Below are positions 36,900 to 46,105 of a stretch of 64,000 nt of DNA, piece after piece. The translations under genes were made by a program, and so were the position numbers. The notes under the pieces were generated by a model. The model did no database searches. It had not been told where the DNA came from and saw nothing but the letters and a program-made list of their open reading frames with translations. Numbering within the stretch: position 1 is the first letter of the stretch; the number at the start of each line of letters is the position of its first letter. The stretch is from positions 17,231 through 81,230 of the forward strand of contig JAVZRC010000003.1 of the NCBI GenBank assembly GCA_038880755.1. The letters are read 5' to 3'. This DNA comes from Candidatus Micrarchaeia archaeon (GTDB lineage Archaea > Micrarchaeota > Micrarchaeia > CABMEP01).

Positions 36900-37994
36900 T
36901 TATCTGGTTATCTTTGCATTTTCAATTACTTGCTTAGTTTCTGCAGCTTCCTTATTTTTCTTGAAATACTCTCTGACTGGAGCAAGTATCCCTATTAAAT
37001 TTTCTGCAACTGAATTTTTAAGGTCCATCGGATGAAGTTTTCCTTCAGAATAAATGTTTGTTAGCTCCTCGAAAGACTGGATCTCAATATTCCCTCCAAA
37101 TTTGGCAGGCCTTTCTATTATCATTTCATTTTTTTCTCTGAAGATGACATGTTTTGCAAGATCCATCATTGGATTATTTTCAACTTCTTTTTCTGGGCAG
37201 AACGCCTTTGATATCTTTGTTCTTATCTCTTCTGGTTCATCATAAATGAATATTGCTGTGTTTGGTTTTGATTTTGACATCTTTACCGCACTCAATGCCT
37301 CTTTTCTTTCTGTTGGATCTTTTGGCAAAGGCCAAATTGGAGGTTTTACAAGACCTTGCAATAGATGGTGATGGACAGGAACAGGTTTCCAGAATCCTAT
37401 CTTTTCTCCAACCTCCATTGCAACCACATTTGCCTTTCTTTGATCCATTCCTAATTGAGGAATCTGAACACCGAAATGAAATATATCTGCAACTTGCATC
37501 GGAGTGTAAAGAAGCGAAGCAAGTTTCAAACCTTCGCTTTCTTTTCTTCCAGCTATTTCCAATGTTCTTATTCCTCTTGCAAGCGTCATTTCCTTTGCAA
37601 CCTTTACAACTATCTCCCAGTAATCAAGATCATCATATAGCTGGTCAGGCCAAATGAATTCTATTTTATCTTCAGGCACCCCCAAAGCTATCCATGAATG
37701 CTTGAAGTGCAGAGCAGCCTTCTTAATCAATTCTCTATCTCCACCAAGCTTGTCATTGATCCAGGCATGCCAGGTTGCAAGATATACTTTGAATTTTATT
37801 CCTGCCTGAATAAAATCTTTCATTTTGTAAGAGCATATCAAACCAGTTCCTAGATGAACCTTTCCAGAAGGCTCAAATCCATTATATGCTACTGGCCTGT
37901 CGTTTGTCTCTAAAAGTTCTCTTAATGCCTGGACAGTTATGATCTCATCTGTAGGTGGCCTTGCAATCAGTTCAATTTTTGTTTCAATATCCAT
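36900..37994 (-). CDS. tyrS: tyrosyl-tRNA synthetase (archaeal type)
   Basis: 364 aa. YNGFEPSGKVHLG (HIGH region), KMSKS, and a C-terminal NPMMDLAKH....ERPAKFGG....SFEEL......GKLHPMDLKNSVAE that closely matches remembered M. jannaschii TyrRS. Confidence 0.85.
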   Translation of the reverse strand: MDIETKIELIARPPTDEIITVQALRELLETNDRPVAYNGFEPSGKVHLGTGLICSYKMKDFIQAGIKFKVYLATWHAWINDKLGGDRELIKKAALHFKHSWIALGVPEDKIEFIWPDQLYDDLDYWEIVVKVAKEMTLARGIRTLEIAGRKESEGLKLASLLYTPMQVADIFHFGVQIPQLGMDQRKANVVAMEVGEKIGFWKPVPVHHHLLQGLVKPPIWPLPKDPTERKEALSAVKMSKSKPNTAIFIYDEPEEIRTKISKAFCPEKEVENNPMMDLAKHVIFREKNEMIIERPAKFGGNIEIQSFEELTNIYSEGKLHPMDLKNSVAENLIGILAPVREYFKKNKEAAETKQVIENAKITR

Positions 37995-38142
37995 AAGCTA
38001 TTTTTCTAGCTAAGACTTATAAATATTTAACAGCTAAAGAAAGATATAAAAATTAATTTATACAAATATATCTAAACATTCAACATTTTTATTAGGTGAT
38101 TATTTGGGTTCTAGACCAAGAAAATGGAAGAAAAAAGGAAAA

Positions 38143-38217
38143 ATGAGATGGAAATGGATCAAGAAGAGAAGAAAGAAAATGAGAAGAATGCAGAAGAGAA
38201 GAGTAGGAGAGCTATAA
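38143..38217 (+). CDS. rpl41e: 50S ribosomal protein L41e (below the 60-aa ORF-track cutoff); may start at TTG 38104
   Basis: ATG-initiated MRWKWIKKRRKKMRRMQKRRVGEL resembles eukaryotic L41 [25 protein letters not shown]. The in-frame upstream extension (L)GSRPRKWKKKGK resembles archaeal N-terminally extended L41e. Confidence 0.7.
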   Translation: MRWKWIKKRRKKMRRMQKRRVGEL

Positions 38218-38226
38218 GGTGTTTTT

Positions 38227-38394
38227 ATGACAAGAAGCTTCATAAAAAACATGTCTTCATGGTTCAAGTCAACTTTTTGGGATAGGGTTTTCTCTAAAAA
38301 ACCAGAATCATATTCCAAAAAGAAAAAAACACCTAAGCAGTACTATAAAGGAAAAGAACGCCAGCAAATCTCTTCCATGAAAAAGAAAAGATAA
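38227..38394 (+). CDS. possible small basic protein (55 aa), unverified
   Basis: ATG ORF MTRSFIKNMSSWFKSTFWDRVFSKKPESYSKKKKTPKQYYKGKERQQISSMKKKR fills the gap between L41e and the ThiF-like gene. No recognisable family. Confidence 0.25.
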   Translation: MTRSFIKNMSSWFKSTFWDRVFSKKPESYSKKKKTPKQYYKGKERQQISSMKKKR

Positions 38395-38435
38395 TTTTTT
38401 AGATTTTTATTTATATTTTTAGATCGGCGTATCTT

Positions 38436-39239
38436 ATGGTAAAAAGATCAATAAAAATAAAAGGTAAATCTGCAAAAAGCAATCATTCTAATTCTTCAAA
38501 AAAAGAATACAGCCTTTATAAGCTTATAACAGCTAGGAACATAGGTGCACTGAGTGAAAAGGAGCAGGATGTTCTTTTTAATACAAAGATTGCAGTTATT
38601 GGCTGCGGCGGCCTTGGTGGAATTGCTATAGATCTCCTTGCAAGGGCAGGAGTAGGGAATTTAACTATTGCAGATGGAGATGTATTTGAAATCTCAAATC
38701 TAAATAGACAGATCTTTAGCAGCTATTCAGCGATTGGCAAAAAGAAAGTAGATATAATAAAGAAAAGAGTCTTAGATATCTCTCCTTCAATTAAGATTAA
38801 AACCTATGACAAATTTGTTGATTCAGAAGAAGCAGCATTTAATCTATTGAAAGGACACGATGTAGTAGTTGATGGATTAGATAATGTTCTATCAAGAATT
38901 TATCTTTCAAGAGCAGCAAAGGACCTGCAGATACCATATGTCTTCGGTGCAGCAGAAAAGACAAGAGGCTATTCAACCATATTTCTTCCAAAAGGCCAGA
39001 GCTATGAATCAATATTCATGCTTCCTTCAAACGGTAAGAGAATAGATGAAAAGCTGAAAGAAAGATTACAAAAGGCAGGCGGATGCTATTCCATACTAGG
39101 TATAACTGCAAATATCATAGGTTCAATAGAGGCAATGCAGACAATTAATCTTCTCTTAAATAAGCCTTATGTGCGTGCACCAGAATTTATTCACTTTTCT
39201 TTATTTGATTCAGTTCCATTTAGAGTTTCATCCCTCTAA
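38436..39239 (+). CDS. ThiF/MoeB/TcdA-family E1-like adenylyltransferase
   Basis: 267 aa. IAVIGCGGLGG..LARAGVG.LTI.D.D....SNLNRQ nucleotide-binding core. No CxxC zinc motifs and no rhodanese domain. Confidence 0.75.
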   Translation: MVKRSIKIKGKSAKSNHSNSSKKEYSLYKLITARNIGALSEKEQDVLFNTKIAVIGCGGLGGIAIDLLARAGVGNLTIADGDVFEISNLNRQIFSSYSAIGKKKVDIIKKRVLDISPSIKIKTYDKFVDSEEAAFNLLKGHDVVVDGLDNVLSRIYLSRAAKDLQIPYVFGAAEKTRGYSTIFLPKGQSYESIFMLPSNGKRIDEKLKERLQKAGGCYSILGITANIIGSIEAMQTINLLLNKPYVRAPEFIHFSLFDSVPFRVSSL

Positions 39240-39286
39240 TCTAAATGGCCTTTAATCTAAACAATAACATTTAAACCAGTGATTTT

Positions 39287-40117
39287 ATGAAATTCGGCAC
39301 AGCTGGAGTTCCAATCTCATGTGAAAAAAGAGATTCGATTTCTGGAATAGAATGTGTTTACAAATTAGGCTTAGATGCATTTGAGTTAGAATTCGTACAT
39401 GGATGTAGGATGAATGAAGAAAGTGCGAAGGAGGCAGGACAGATTGCTAAAAAATATAACATAGTTCTAAGCGCTCACGCTTCCTATTATTTGAATCTTC
39501 TTTCTGAAGATAAGCTGAAATATAAGAAAACAGTAGATGAAATAATTAAGACAGCAAAGATACTTGCTATTGCAGGAGGAGATAGGTTAGTTTTTCATCC
39601 TGGTTTTTTCTTGAAGATGAGTCATGATAAGGCTTATGAGCGAATGAAAAGAGAATTTAAGTCTCTTGCAAAGCAGATAAAGGAAAGCAATTTTAATGTT
39701 CATCTTGCTCCAGAGACAACTGGAAAACCAACTGCATTCGGTTCATTTGAAGATCTTTATTCTCTTGCAGAAGAGATCGGATACGATTTAATAAGGCCAA
39801 CAATTGATTGGGCACATATACATGCAAGAGAGAATGGAAGGTTTAAGACAAAAGAAGATTATGTTAAGATATTAGAGTTTGTAGAGAAGAAAACAGGAAA
39901 AGAGGGGTTAAGGACGCTTCATTGTCATATGTCATCGATCAATTTCACTTCAAAAGGAGAGCGAAATCACCTTACGATGGATAATGACATTCCTCCAGTC
40001 AAACCGCTTTTTGAAGCATTGCATGAATTTAAATGCGATGGTGTGATCATCTCTGAATCGCCAAACATTGAAAAAGATGCAATGTATATGAAGAAAATGT
40101 TCAACTCTATAAAGTAG
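39287..40117 (+). CDS. nfo: endonuclease IV-family (AP endonuclease 2, TIM barrel) protein
   Basis: 276 aa. SAHASYYLNL, LVFHPG, LAPETTGK, IDWAHIHA, HCHMS, IISESP correspond to the EndoIV metal-binding motif series. Confidence 0.65.
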   Translation: MKFGTAGVPISCEKRDSISGIECVYKLGLDAFELEFVHGCRMNEESAKEAGQIAKKYNIVLSAHASYYLNLLSEDKLKYKKTVDEIIKTAKILAIAGGDRLVFHPGFFLKMSHDKAYERMKREFKSLAKQIKESNFNVHLAPETTGKPTAFGSFEDLYSLAEEIGYDLIRPTIDWAHIHARENGRFKTKEDYVKILEFVEKKTGKEGLRTLHCHMSSINFTSKGERNHLTMDNDIPPVKPLFEALHEFKCDGVIISESPNIEKDAMYMKKMFNSIK

Positions 40118-40195
40118 CTATTAATATTCTATATTATTTACGGCTCAAATTTTGGTTTGACATCACTTTTTTAAATTATATTACTAAATCATTTT

Positions 40196-41410
40196 ATGGC
40201 AAAGAAAATCAAATCTTCTGGCAAGTCTAGATCAATAGGTCCAAAAAGGCCTAGATCTTTAATTTCAAAACGCATTCCTGAGAGCAGGGGTGAAAAAAGA
40301 GGTCTTATTTTCATGGATTACGCATCATCTACACCAATACGGGAAGAAGTTTTGGAGGCGATGCAACCATATCTTAAAAATAAATTTGGAAATCCATCTT
40401 CTCTCCATTCTTATGGCCGTGAGGCAAAGCTGGCAATAGAACAATCAAAGGAAATAATTGCAAAGACAATCAATGCATCCCCAGAGGAAATTGTTTTCAC
40501 CTCAGGTTCAACAGAATCTTCAGTTCTTGCAATAAGAGGAGTAGCCAAAGCAAAGATTGCATATGGTAGTCACATATTATCCTCAGCGATAGAACACGAT
40601 CCAGTATTTTCAACATGTAAATCACTGGTTACAGAAGGTTATACTCTTTCAAGTCTTCTTGTAGATGTAGACGGAATGATAAGCATAGCGGATTTAAGAT
40701 CAAAGATAACTCCAAAGACAATACTTGTATCTATACAGCATTCAAACGGAGAGATAGGAACAATTCAGCAAATAGAAGATGTAGGAAGAATAACAAAAGA
40801 AAAAAACGTGACCTTACATACCGATGCAACATTTTCTTATGGCTGGGTCCCATTAGATGTCAAAAAGATGAATGTAGATCTAATGACATTCGATGCGCAT
40901 CATTCCTATGGCCCTAAGGGGATTGGTGCACTTTATGTAAAGAATGGAACCCCTATCAAGCCGATTTTTCCAAATAGAGAGAACATTCTTCGACCTGGCA
41001 CACTGAGTGTTGCATCTATAGTTGGTTTTGCTACTGCCGCAGAGTTAGCACATAAAGAGATGAGCAAGAATCAAAAGAACCTGATCAAGCTTCAAAAGAT
41101 GTTCATTGATTATGTGGAAGAAAACATAAAGTTTGTAAAATTAAACGGTCATCTTACAAAAAGATTACCAAATAATGTTAACTTTAGCTTCAGTGGAATA
41201 ACTGGTAATGAACTTGTTAAGCAACTTGAGGAGAAAGGATTTATTACCTCAACTTGCATAGATTGCAGGGTTCTTGAGGCAATAGGTGTCAAAGGAGAGA
41301 AATTTACTGGATCTGTAAGATTCACATTTGGAAAAGACACTACCCAGGAAGAAGTAAAAAGATTATCTATGATGTTGAAATCAATTGTGGAAAAAGCGAG
41401 ACAGAGCTAA
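40196..41410 (+). CDS. NifS/IscS-like class V aminotransferase-fold protein lacking the PLP-binding lysine
   Basis: 404 aa. Conserved DYASSTP, GNPSSLHSYG, FTSGSTES, SAIEHDPV, HTDA. The SxHK motif reads FDAHHSYGPKG (His236, nt 40901-40903, at the Lys position) and DAVQ reads DATF. The active-site loop SGSAC is replaced by TSTCIDC. Confidence 0.75.
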   Translation: MAKKIKSSGKSRSIGPKRPRSLISKRIPESRGEKRGLIFMDYASSTPIREEVLEAMQPYLKNKFGNPSSLHSYGREAKLAIEQSKEIIAKTINASPEEIVFTSGSTESSVLAIRGVAKAKIAYGSHILSSAIEHDPVFSTCKSLVTEGYTLSSLLVDVDGMISIADLRSKITPKTILVSIQHSNGEIGTIQQIEDVGRITKEKNVTLHTDATFSYGWVPLDVKKMNVDLMTFDAHHSYGPKGIGALYVKNGTPIKPIFPNRENILRPGTLSVASIVGFATAAELAHKEMSKNQKNLIKLQKMFIDYVEENIKFVKLNGHLTKRLPNNVNFSFSGITGNELVKQLEEKGFITSTCIDCRVLEAIGVKGEKFTGSVRFTFGKDTTQEEVKRLSMMLKSIVEKARQS

Positions 41411-41460
41411 CATCTTTAATTTTTTATTTTAGTTTAATTTAATTGATAATCTGTGATTTA

Positions 41461-43566
41461 ATGATTGGAATAAAGGAAGTTCAAAAGAGAGATGGTTCAA
41501 TAGTAAAATTCGATCAATCTAAAATCACAAATGCAGTTTACAAAGCAACGGAAGCCGCAAAAACACCAGATATGAAACTTGCACAAAAGGTTTCAGATAG
41601 AGTTGTTAAAAAGCTCTCTGCCATCTTTAAAAACAAGATACCTTCAGTTGAAGAGATACAAGACATAGTTGTAGAAGAACTTTTAAGGGAGAATAAAAAA
41701 ATTGCAAAACTTTACATCAACTACAGAAGAGAAAGAGCAGAAATAAGAGAAAAGAAAAAAGTTCTTTTTGGAGTTTATGATGATCTTAAATTAGATCTAA
41801 ATGCAACTAAGGTATTGGCTTCAAGATATCTACAGAAAGACGTTAGCGGAAAAATTATCGAAACTCCAAAGCAAATGTTTAAGCGAGTCGCAAAGAAAAT
41901 CGCAGAATCAGATCGAGTTTATGGAGAAGATGTGAAAAAATCAGAAAAAGTTTTCTACGAAATGATGAGCAATCTTGAATTTCTGCCAAATTCACCAACA
42001 TTAATGAATGCAGGAACAAGATTAGGACAGCTTTCCGCATGTTTTGTGCTTCCAATAGATGATTCTTTAGAAAGTATTTTTGAAACATTGAAGCATGCAG
42101 CACTCATACATCAAAGCGGAGGAGGAACTGGTTTTTCATTTTCAAAAATTAGGCCAAAAGGTGACTTAGTACGTTCTACAATGTCAATCGCATCAGGTCC
42201 AGTTTCGTTCATGAAGATATACGATGCGATGACAGAAACAATAAAGCAAGGGGGAAGAAGGCGCGGTGCAAACATGGGCGTTTTGAGATGCGATCATCCA
42301 GACATTATTGAATTTATCAATTCCAAAAAACAAGGTGGACTGAAAAACTTTAACATTTCAATCGCGGCTACAGATAGTTTCATGAAAGCAGTTCAAAAAG
42401 ATGACGATTATGAATTAATAAATCCAAGAACCGGGGAAGTAACAAAAACAATCTCTGCAAGAGAAGTTTTTAATCTTGCAGCTGAACAAGCTTGGGAAAT
42501 AGGTGATCCAGGTCTTATATTTATAGATAGGATTAATAAATCACATCCATTAAGAAAAATTGGAGAAATAGAGGCTACAAATCCTTGTGGTGAGCAGCCT
42601 TTATTGCCATACGAATCTTGTAATCTAGGAAGTATAAACCTTACTAAATTCATACTTTCAGATGGAAGTGATTTTGATTGGGATAGATTAGAAATTGCAG
42701 TTCAAAATGCAGTGCATTTTTTAGACAATGTTATCGATGCAAATTCAATTCCTATTCGTGAAATAGATCAAGTTACAAAAGCAAATAGAAAGATAGGATT
42801 AGGTATAATGGGATGGGCGGATTCTCTAATTCTTCTTGGAATCAGATATGATAGTAAAGAAGCAATTTTAATGGCTGAAAAGTTGATGAGATTTATAAGA
42901 CAGATATCATATAATACTTCCATAGAGCTTGCAAATAAAAGAGGAAGCTATCCTAACTTCAAATTTGCAATTTATCCATCTAAACATAAGCGATTAAGAA
43001 ATGCAACATTAAATACTATTGCACCAACAGGTTCGCTTTCAATAATTGCAGGCGTATCTTCTGGAATCGAACCTTTATTTGCAGTTGCTTATTATCGACA
43101 AGTGCTAGAAAACATGAAGCTGATAGAGATAAATAGAATCTTTCATTCTATGTCTATTGAAAGAGGTTTCTATAGCAGATCATTAATGGAAAAGATCTCA
43201 CATGGTTTATCAATACAGAAAATGAGTGAAATTCCAAGGGATGTAAGAGATTTGTTTGTTACTGCTTATGATATTGAGCCGATATGGCATTTAAAAATGC
43301 AAGCAGCTTTCCAAAAATATGTTGATAATGCAGTTTCAAAAACAATAAATTTACCTTATGAAGCTACTGTCGAGGAAGTGCAGGATATTTATATGAAAGC
43401 TTATGAATTAGGAATAAAAGGAATAACGATCTATAGATATGGAAGCAAAACAGAACAAGTGATATATCTAGGTCTTCCAAAAGAAGCTGGTGAAGAGCAC
43501 AAAAGAAAGGTCACTGTTTCTTCTGAATTTGCAGGTCACTGTTCATCAGGTATCTGTCAACTGTGA
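41461..43566 (+). CDS. nrdJ: class II (adenosylcobalamin-dependent) ribonucleotide reductase with N-terminal ATP-cone
   Basis: ATP-cone V.KRDGS.VKFD..KI; catalytic NPCGEQPLLPYESCNLGSINL; C-terminal Cys pair. ATG at 41461 (track ORF starts at TTG 41443). Confidence 0.9.
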   Translation: MIGIKEVQKRDGSIVKFDQSKITNAVYKATEAAKTPDMKLAQKVSDRVVKKLSAIFKNKIPSVEEIQDIVVEELLRENKKIAKLYINYRRERAEIREKKKVLFGVYDDLKLDLNATKVLASRYLQKDVSGKIIETPKQMFKRVAKKIAESDRVYGEDVKKSEKVFYEMMSNLEFLPNSPTLMNAGTRLGQLSACFVLPIDDSLESIFETLKHAALIHQSGGGTGFSFSKIRPKGDLVRSTMSIASGPVSFMKIYDAMTETIKQGGRRRGANMGVLRCDHPDIIEFINSKKQGGLKNFNISIAATDSFMKAVQKDDDYELINPRTGEVTKTISAREVFNLAAEQAWEIGDPGLIFIDRINKSHPLRKIGEIEATNPCGEQPLLPYESCNLGSINLTKFILSDGSDFDWDRLEIAVQNAVHFLDNVIDANSIPIREIDQVTKANRKIGLGIMGWADSLILLGIRYDSKEAILMAEKLMRFIRQISYNTSIELANKRGSYPNFKFAIYPSKHKRLRNATLNTIAPTGSLSIIAGVSSGIEPLFAVAYYRQVLENMKLIEINRIFHSMSIERGFYSRSLMEKISHGLSIQKMSEIPRDVRDLFVTAYDIEPIWHLKMQAAFQKYVDNAVSKTINLPYEATVEEVQDIYMKAYELGIKGITIYRYGSKTEQVIYLGLPKEAGEEHKRKVTVSSEFAGHCSSGICQL

Positions 43567-43626
43567 TTTTGAATTAAAAAGTTATTTCTGAAAAATATTT
43601 TTTCTTTATATTCATTCTATTTATAT

Positions 43627-44241
43627 TCATTCGCTTTCTTCTTTAGATCCTTTTCTTTTTTGGTATCTACCTCTCTTTTCTATTTCATCCATTTGTCCTA
43701 TTATCTTTTCCCATCCTTTAAGATTTTTGTATCCTTCTAAAAAATATTTGAAATTTCTCCCTATAGATCTTTTCATTAATAAAACATCTATCGCTCTCTC
43801 TTCTGGATCCTTTGAAAATTCTGCGAGACCAAAATCTATGATATATGGTTCATTTTTTATGAACATTACATTTGCAGGGGTGAAGTCACCATGTGTTATT
43901 CCGACTGAATGGAGCTTAGATAGAATTCTTCCAACATTTCTGTAATCCTTAGGAGAATTTTTTCTATCTTTCATTAATTTTCCTTCAAGCCTTTCAAGAA
44001 TCAACTCATATTTGCCGGCATGATATATTTTAGGAACATTTATGTTATTTTTTAAGGCGTGAAGTATACATCTTGCTTCTGTTTTATTTCTCGTTTTTCT
44101 AAGTATTTCATCTAATTCACTTATTCTGTATTCCTTTTTATCTCTGACTTTTAAAACAACAGGAAGGCCAAATAAATCAGAGAAATAGACCTTTGCTTCT
44201 GCGCCTCTGCTTTTGTAATTATTTTGTTTACTTTGGCTCAC
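43627..44241 (-). CDS. bud32: Bud32/PRPK-type small kinase (KEOPS subunit)
   Basis: 204 aa. GAEAKVY, VLKVR..K.YR...LD..LR..R...EAR.L, HGDFTPANVMF, IIDFGLAEF. The GTG start overlaps the TGA stop of the upstream gene (GTGA). Confidence 0.75.
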   Translation of the reverse strand: MSQSKQNNYKSRGAEAKVYFSDLFGLPVVLKVRDKKEYRISELDEILRKTRNKTEARCILHALKNNINVPKIYHAGKYELILERLEGKLMKDRKNSPKDYRNVGRILSKLHSVGITHGDFTPANVMFIKNEPYIIDFGLAEFSKDPEERAIDVLLMKRSIGRNFKYFLEGYKNLKGWEKIIGQMDEIEKRGRYQKRKGSKEESE

Positions 44242-44933
44242 TCTTCTCCCTTCTTTTCTTTCAGAACGGTCGGTCCCCTCTTTAGAAATTCACCCAAGCT
44301 TCTTGCACCGCTTTTTGTCATAATATAAGAACCTGTGAATACTATTGCTGCAACAAATGGATTCAATCCGAGTGCCAATGCACCTATGCTTCCTCCACCT
44401 ATTAATGGCAGAGAGGGCGAAGTGAGCAACTCAGCTATTTTTTCACTTAAAGTAGGTGGTGTTTTAGTGAATGGATTTATCTCTATTAACGTCTTTCCAT
44501 TCTTCATAATTCTTACAGCACCATCCTCTTCACTTGAGATTATAGAAAGAGTTCCTGGCACTTCAGATATTCCAAGCGCAGCGCTATGTCTTGTGCCGTG
44601 TCCTTTGTAATGTTTTGTCTTTTTAATCTGAGCGCCATATGCAATAAGATATCCGTCTTCATCGATTATTATTGCACCATCAAGTTCAGCAAGCTTCCTT
44701 ATAACTGGAAGAATTCTCTGATTATTTATTTTGACTTTTGTTTTTTCCAATATATCAGTGTATAACCATGAATAGTACGGTTTAAGATTTCTATTAGTGA
44801 TTATGAAGAATGAACCTTTTTTTTCCTGTCCGAATTCCATTGCGAGATCAATCACTAGCTTAACTATGTTTTTTTCTAAGTCTATATCATTGATTATTTT
44901 TTCTTTTACTTTTTTATCTACCATTATTTCCAC
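44238..44933 (-). CDS. diadenylate cyclase (DAC/DisA_N) domain protein with C-terminal hydrophobic segment
   Basis: 231 aa. GSFFIIT, LAELDGAIIIDEDG, GTRHSAALGISE, SIISSEEDGAVRIMKNGK match the DAC motif series (DGA, GTRHRAA, SEE.G). The Gly-rich hydrophobic stretch is LPLIGGGSIGALALGLNPFVAAIVF. Confidence 0.75.
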   Translation of the reverse strand: MEIMVDKKVKEKIINDIDLEKNIVKLVIDLAMEFGQEKKGSFFIITNRNLKPYYSWLYTDILEKTKVKINNQRILPVIRKLAELDGAIIIDEDGYLIAYGAQIKKTKHYKGHGTRHSAALGISEVPGTLSIISSEEDGAVRIMKNGKTLIEINPFTKTPPTLSEKIAELLTSPSLPLIGGGSIGALALGLNPFVAAIVFTGSYIMTKSGARSLGEFLKRGPTVLKEKKGEE

Positions 44934-45045
44934 CTATATTATTTCTTCAATTTTAATTTGAATTTTAATTTGAATTGGTCGTGTATAATTAATTAGTAGA
45001 CAAATGTATATAAACTTTAATGCGATTTTTTCTAAAACTTGCAAG

Positions 45046-46044
45046 CTATTGCCATTTTATTAAAAATTCATCGGTTCTAAACTTAGGCTTTGGAAGTATT
45101 TTGTTGGGAGAGAGAAGATATTTTCTTTGATTTTTTTCATCTAGTTTTGATATTAGATATCCAACATATGCAATCATTCCACCATTATCTGCATTGAATT
45201 CATTTGGCGCTACTCCGAATTTACAGTTCCATTCTTCCGCCATATCTGAGAGCATTTTTTGCAATCTTTTATTTTGCGCAACTCCTCCGCAGATCGTTAT
45301 TTCTTTTTTCTCAGTCAATGCAAGTGCTCTTTCCGTTATCTCGCATAATGCTGCATATGATGTTTCCTGCAATGAATAACATATGTCTTCTATTTTCTCT
45401 TTTCCTATTAGTTTTTCTGAATGTGTCAATATCCCGCTGAAGGAAGCATCCATTCCTTTCACAGAGTATGGCATTGGTATATATTTCTTTCCATTCAGGG
45501 CTTTTTCTTCCACATCTTTTGCATTTTTTAATCCCGCAGATCTTGCAAATGTATCCAGCATGTTTCCAATTCCAACATCAAGTGTTTCTCCGAGAACATG
45601 ATATCTATTTTCCTTCTTAATAAGTATCTGCGTATTTCCGCCGCTTACATAAAGAACTAAAGGATCTTTAAATCCGGTGAAATGCTTAGAGATTTCTATA
45701 TGTGCAACACAGTGGTTAACACCTACAACTGGTTTATTGAATGAAATTGCAAATGTTCTTGCTGCTATTGAGGATATTCTTAGACAAGGCCCGATTCCAG
45801 GTCCTTGAGAAAATGCTATCAAATCAATATCTTTTAATTTAATTCCAGCTTTTTTAAGAGCTGCTTCCATTACTTCTTGGAATGCATCTGCATGATGGTC
45901 TGCTGTCTTTCTTGGGTGGATTCCATACTCAAAAAGCATACTTTTTTCGTTTGCAATTATTCTTCCATTTTTTACTATACCTATTCCTAGTGTATGTGCG
46001 GTACTTTCAATTCCTAGTACTATTTTTGCTGTATTTGGTTTCAT
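45046..46044 (-). CDS. kae1: tRNA N6-adenosine threonylcarbamoyltransferase Kae1
   Basis: 332 aa. LGIESTAHTLGIGIV, NHCVAHIE, VSGGNTQ, GGVAQNKRL. Confidence 0.9.
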   Translation of the reverse strand: MKPNTAKIVLGIESTAHTLGIGIVKNGRIIANEKSMLFEYGIHPRKTADHHADAFQEVMEAALKKAGIKLKDIDLIAFSQGPGIGPCLRISSIAARTFAISFNKPVVGVNHCVAHIEISKHFTGFKDPLVLYVSGGNTQILIKKENRYHVLGETLDVGIGNMLDTFARSAGLKNAKDVEEKALNGKKYIPMPYSVKGMDASFSGILTHSEKLIGKEKIEDICYSLQETSYAALCEITERALALTEKKEITICGGVAQNKRLQKMLSDMAEEWNCKFGVAPNEFNADNGGMIAYVGYLISKLDEKNQRKYLLSPNKILPKPKFRTDEFLIKWQ

Positions 46045-46105
46045 GTCTATCTATTCATCTTTAATCCGAGCAATTTAAAATTGTTTTCTGATTTATTTAT
46101 ATTAG

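Noticed and set aside
38100-38318. 72-aa minus-strand ORF
   Set aside because: Antisense to the L41e reading frame, which has a far better homology argument. Low-complexity F/L-rich peptide.
44950-44973. Tandem 2 x 12-nt repeat ATTTTAATTTGA in the kae1-DAC spacer
   Set aside because: A short AT-only tandem of a kind easily produced by slippage. No evidence of function beyond lying in a promoter-like region.
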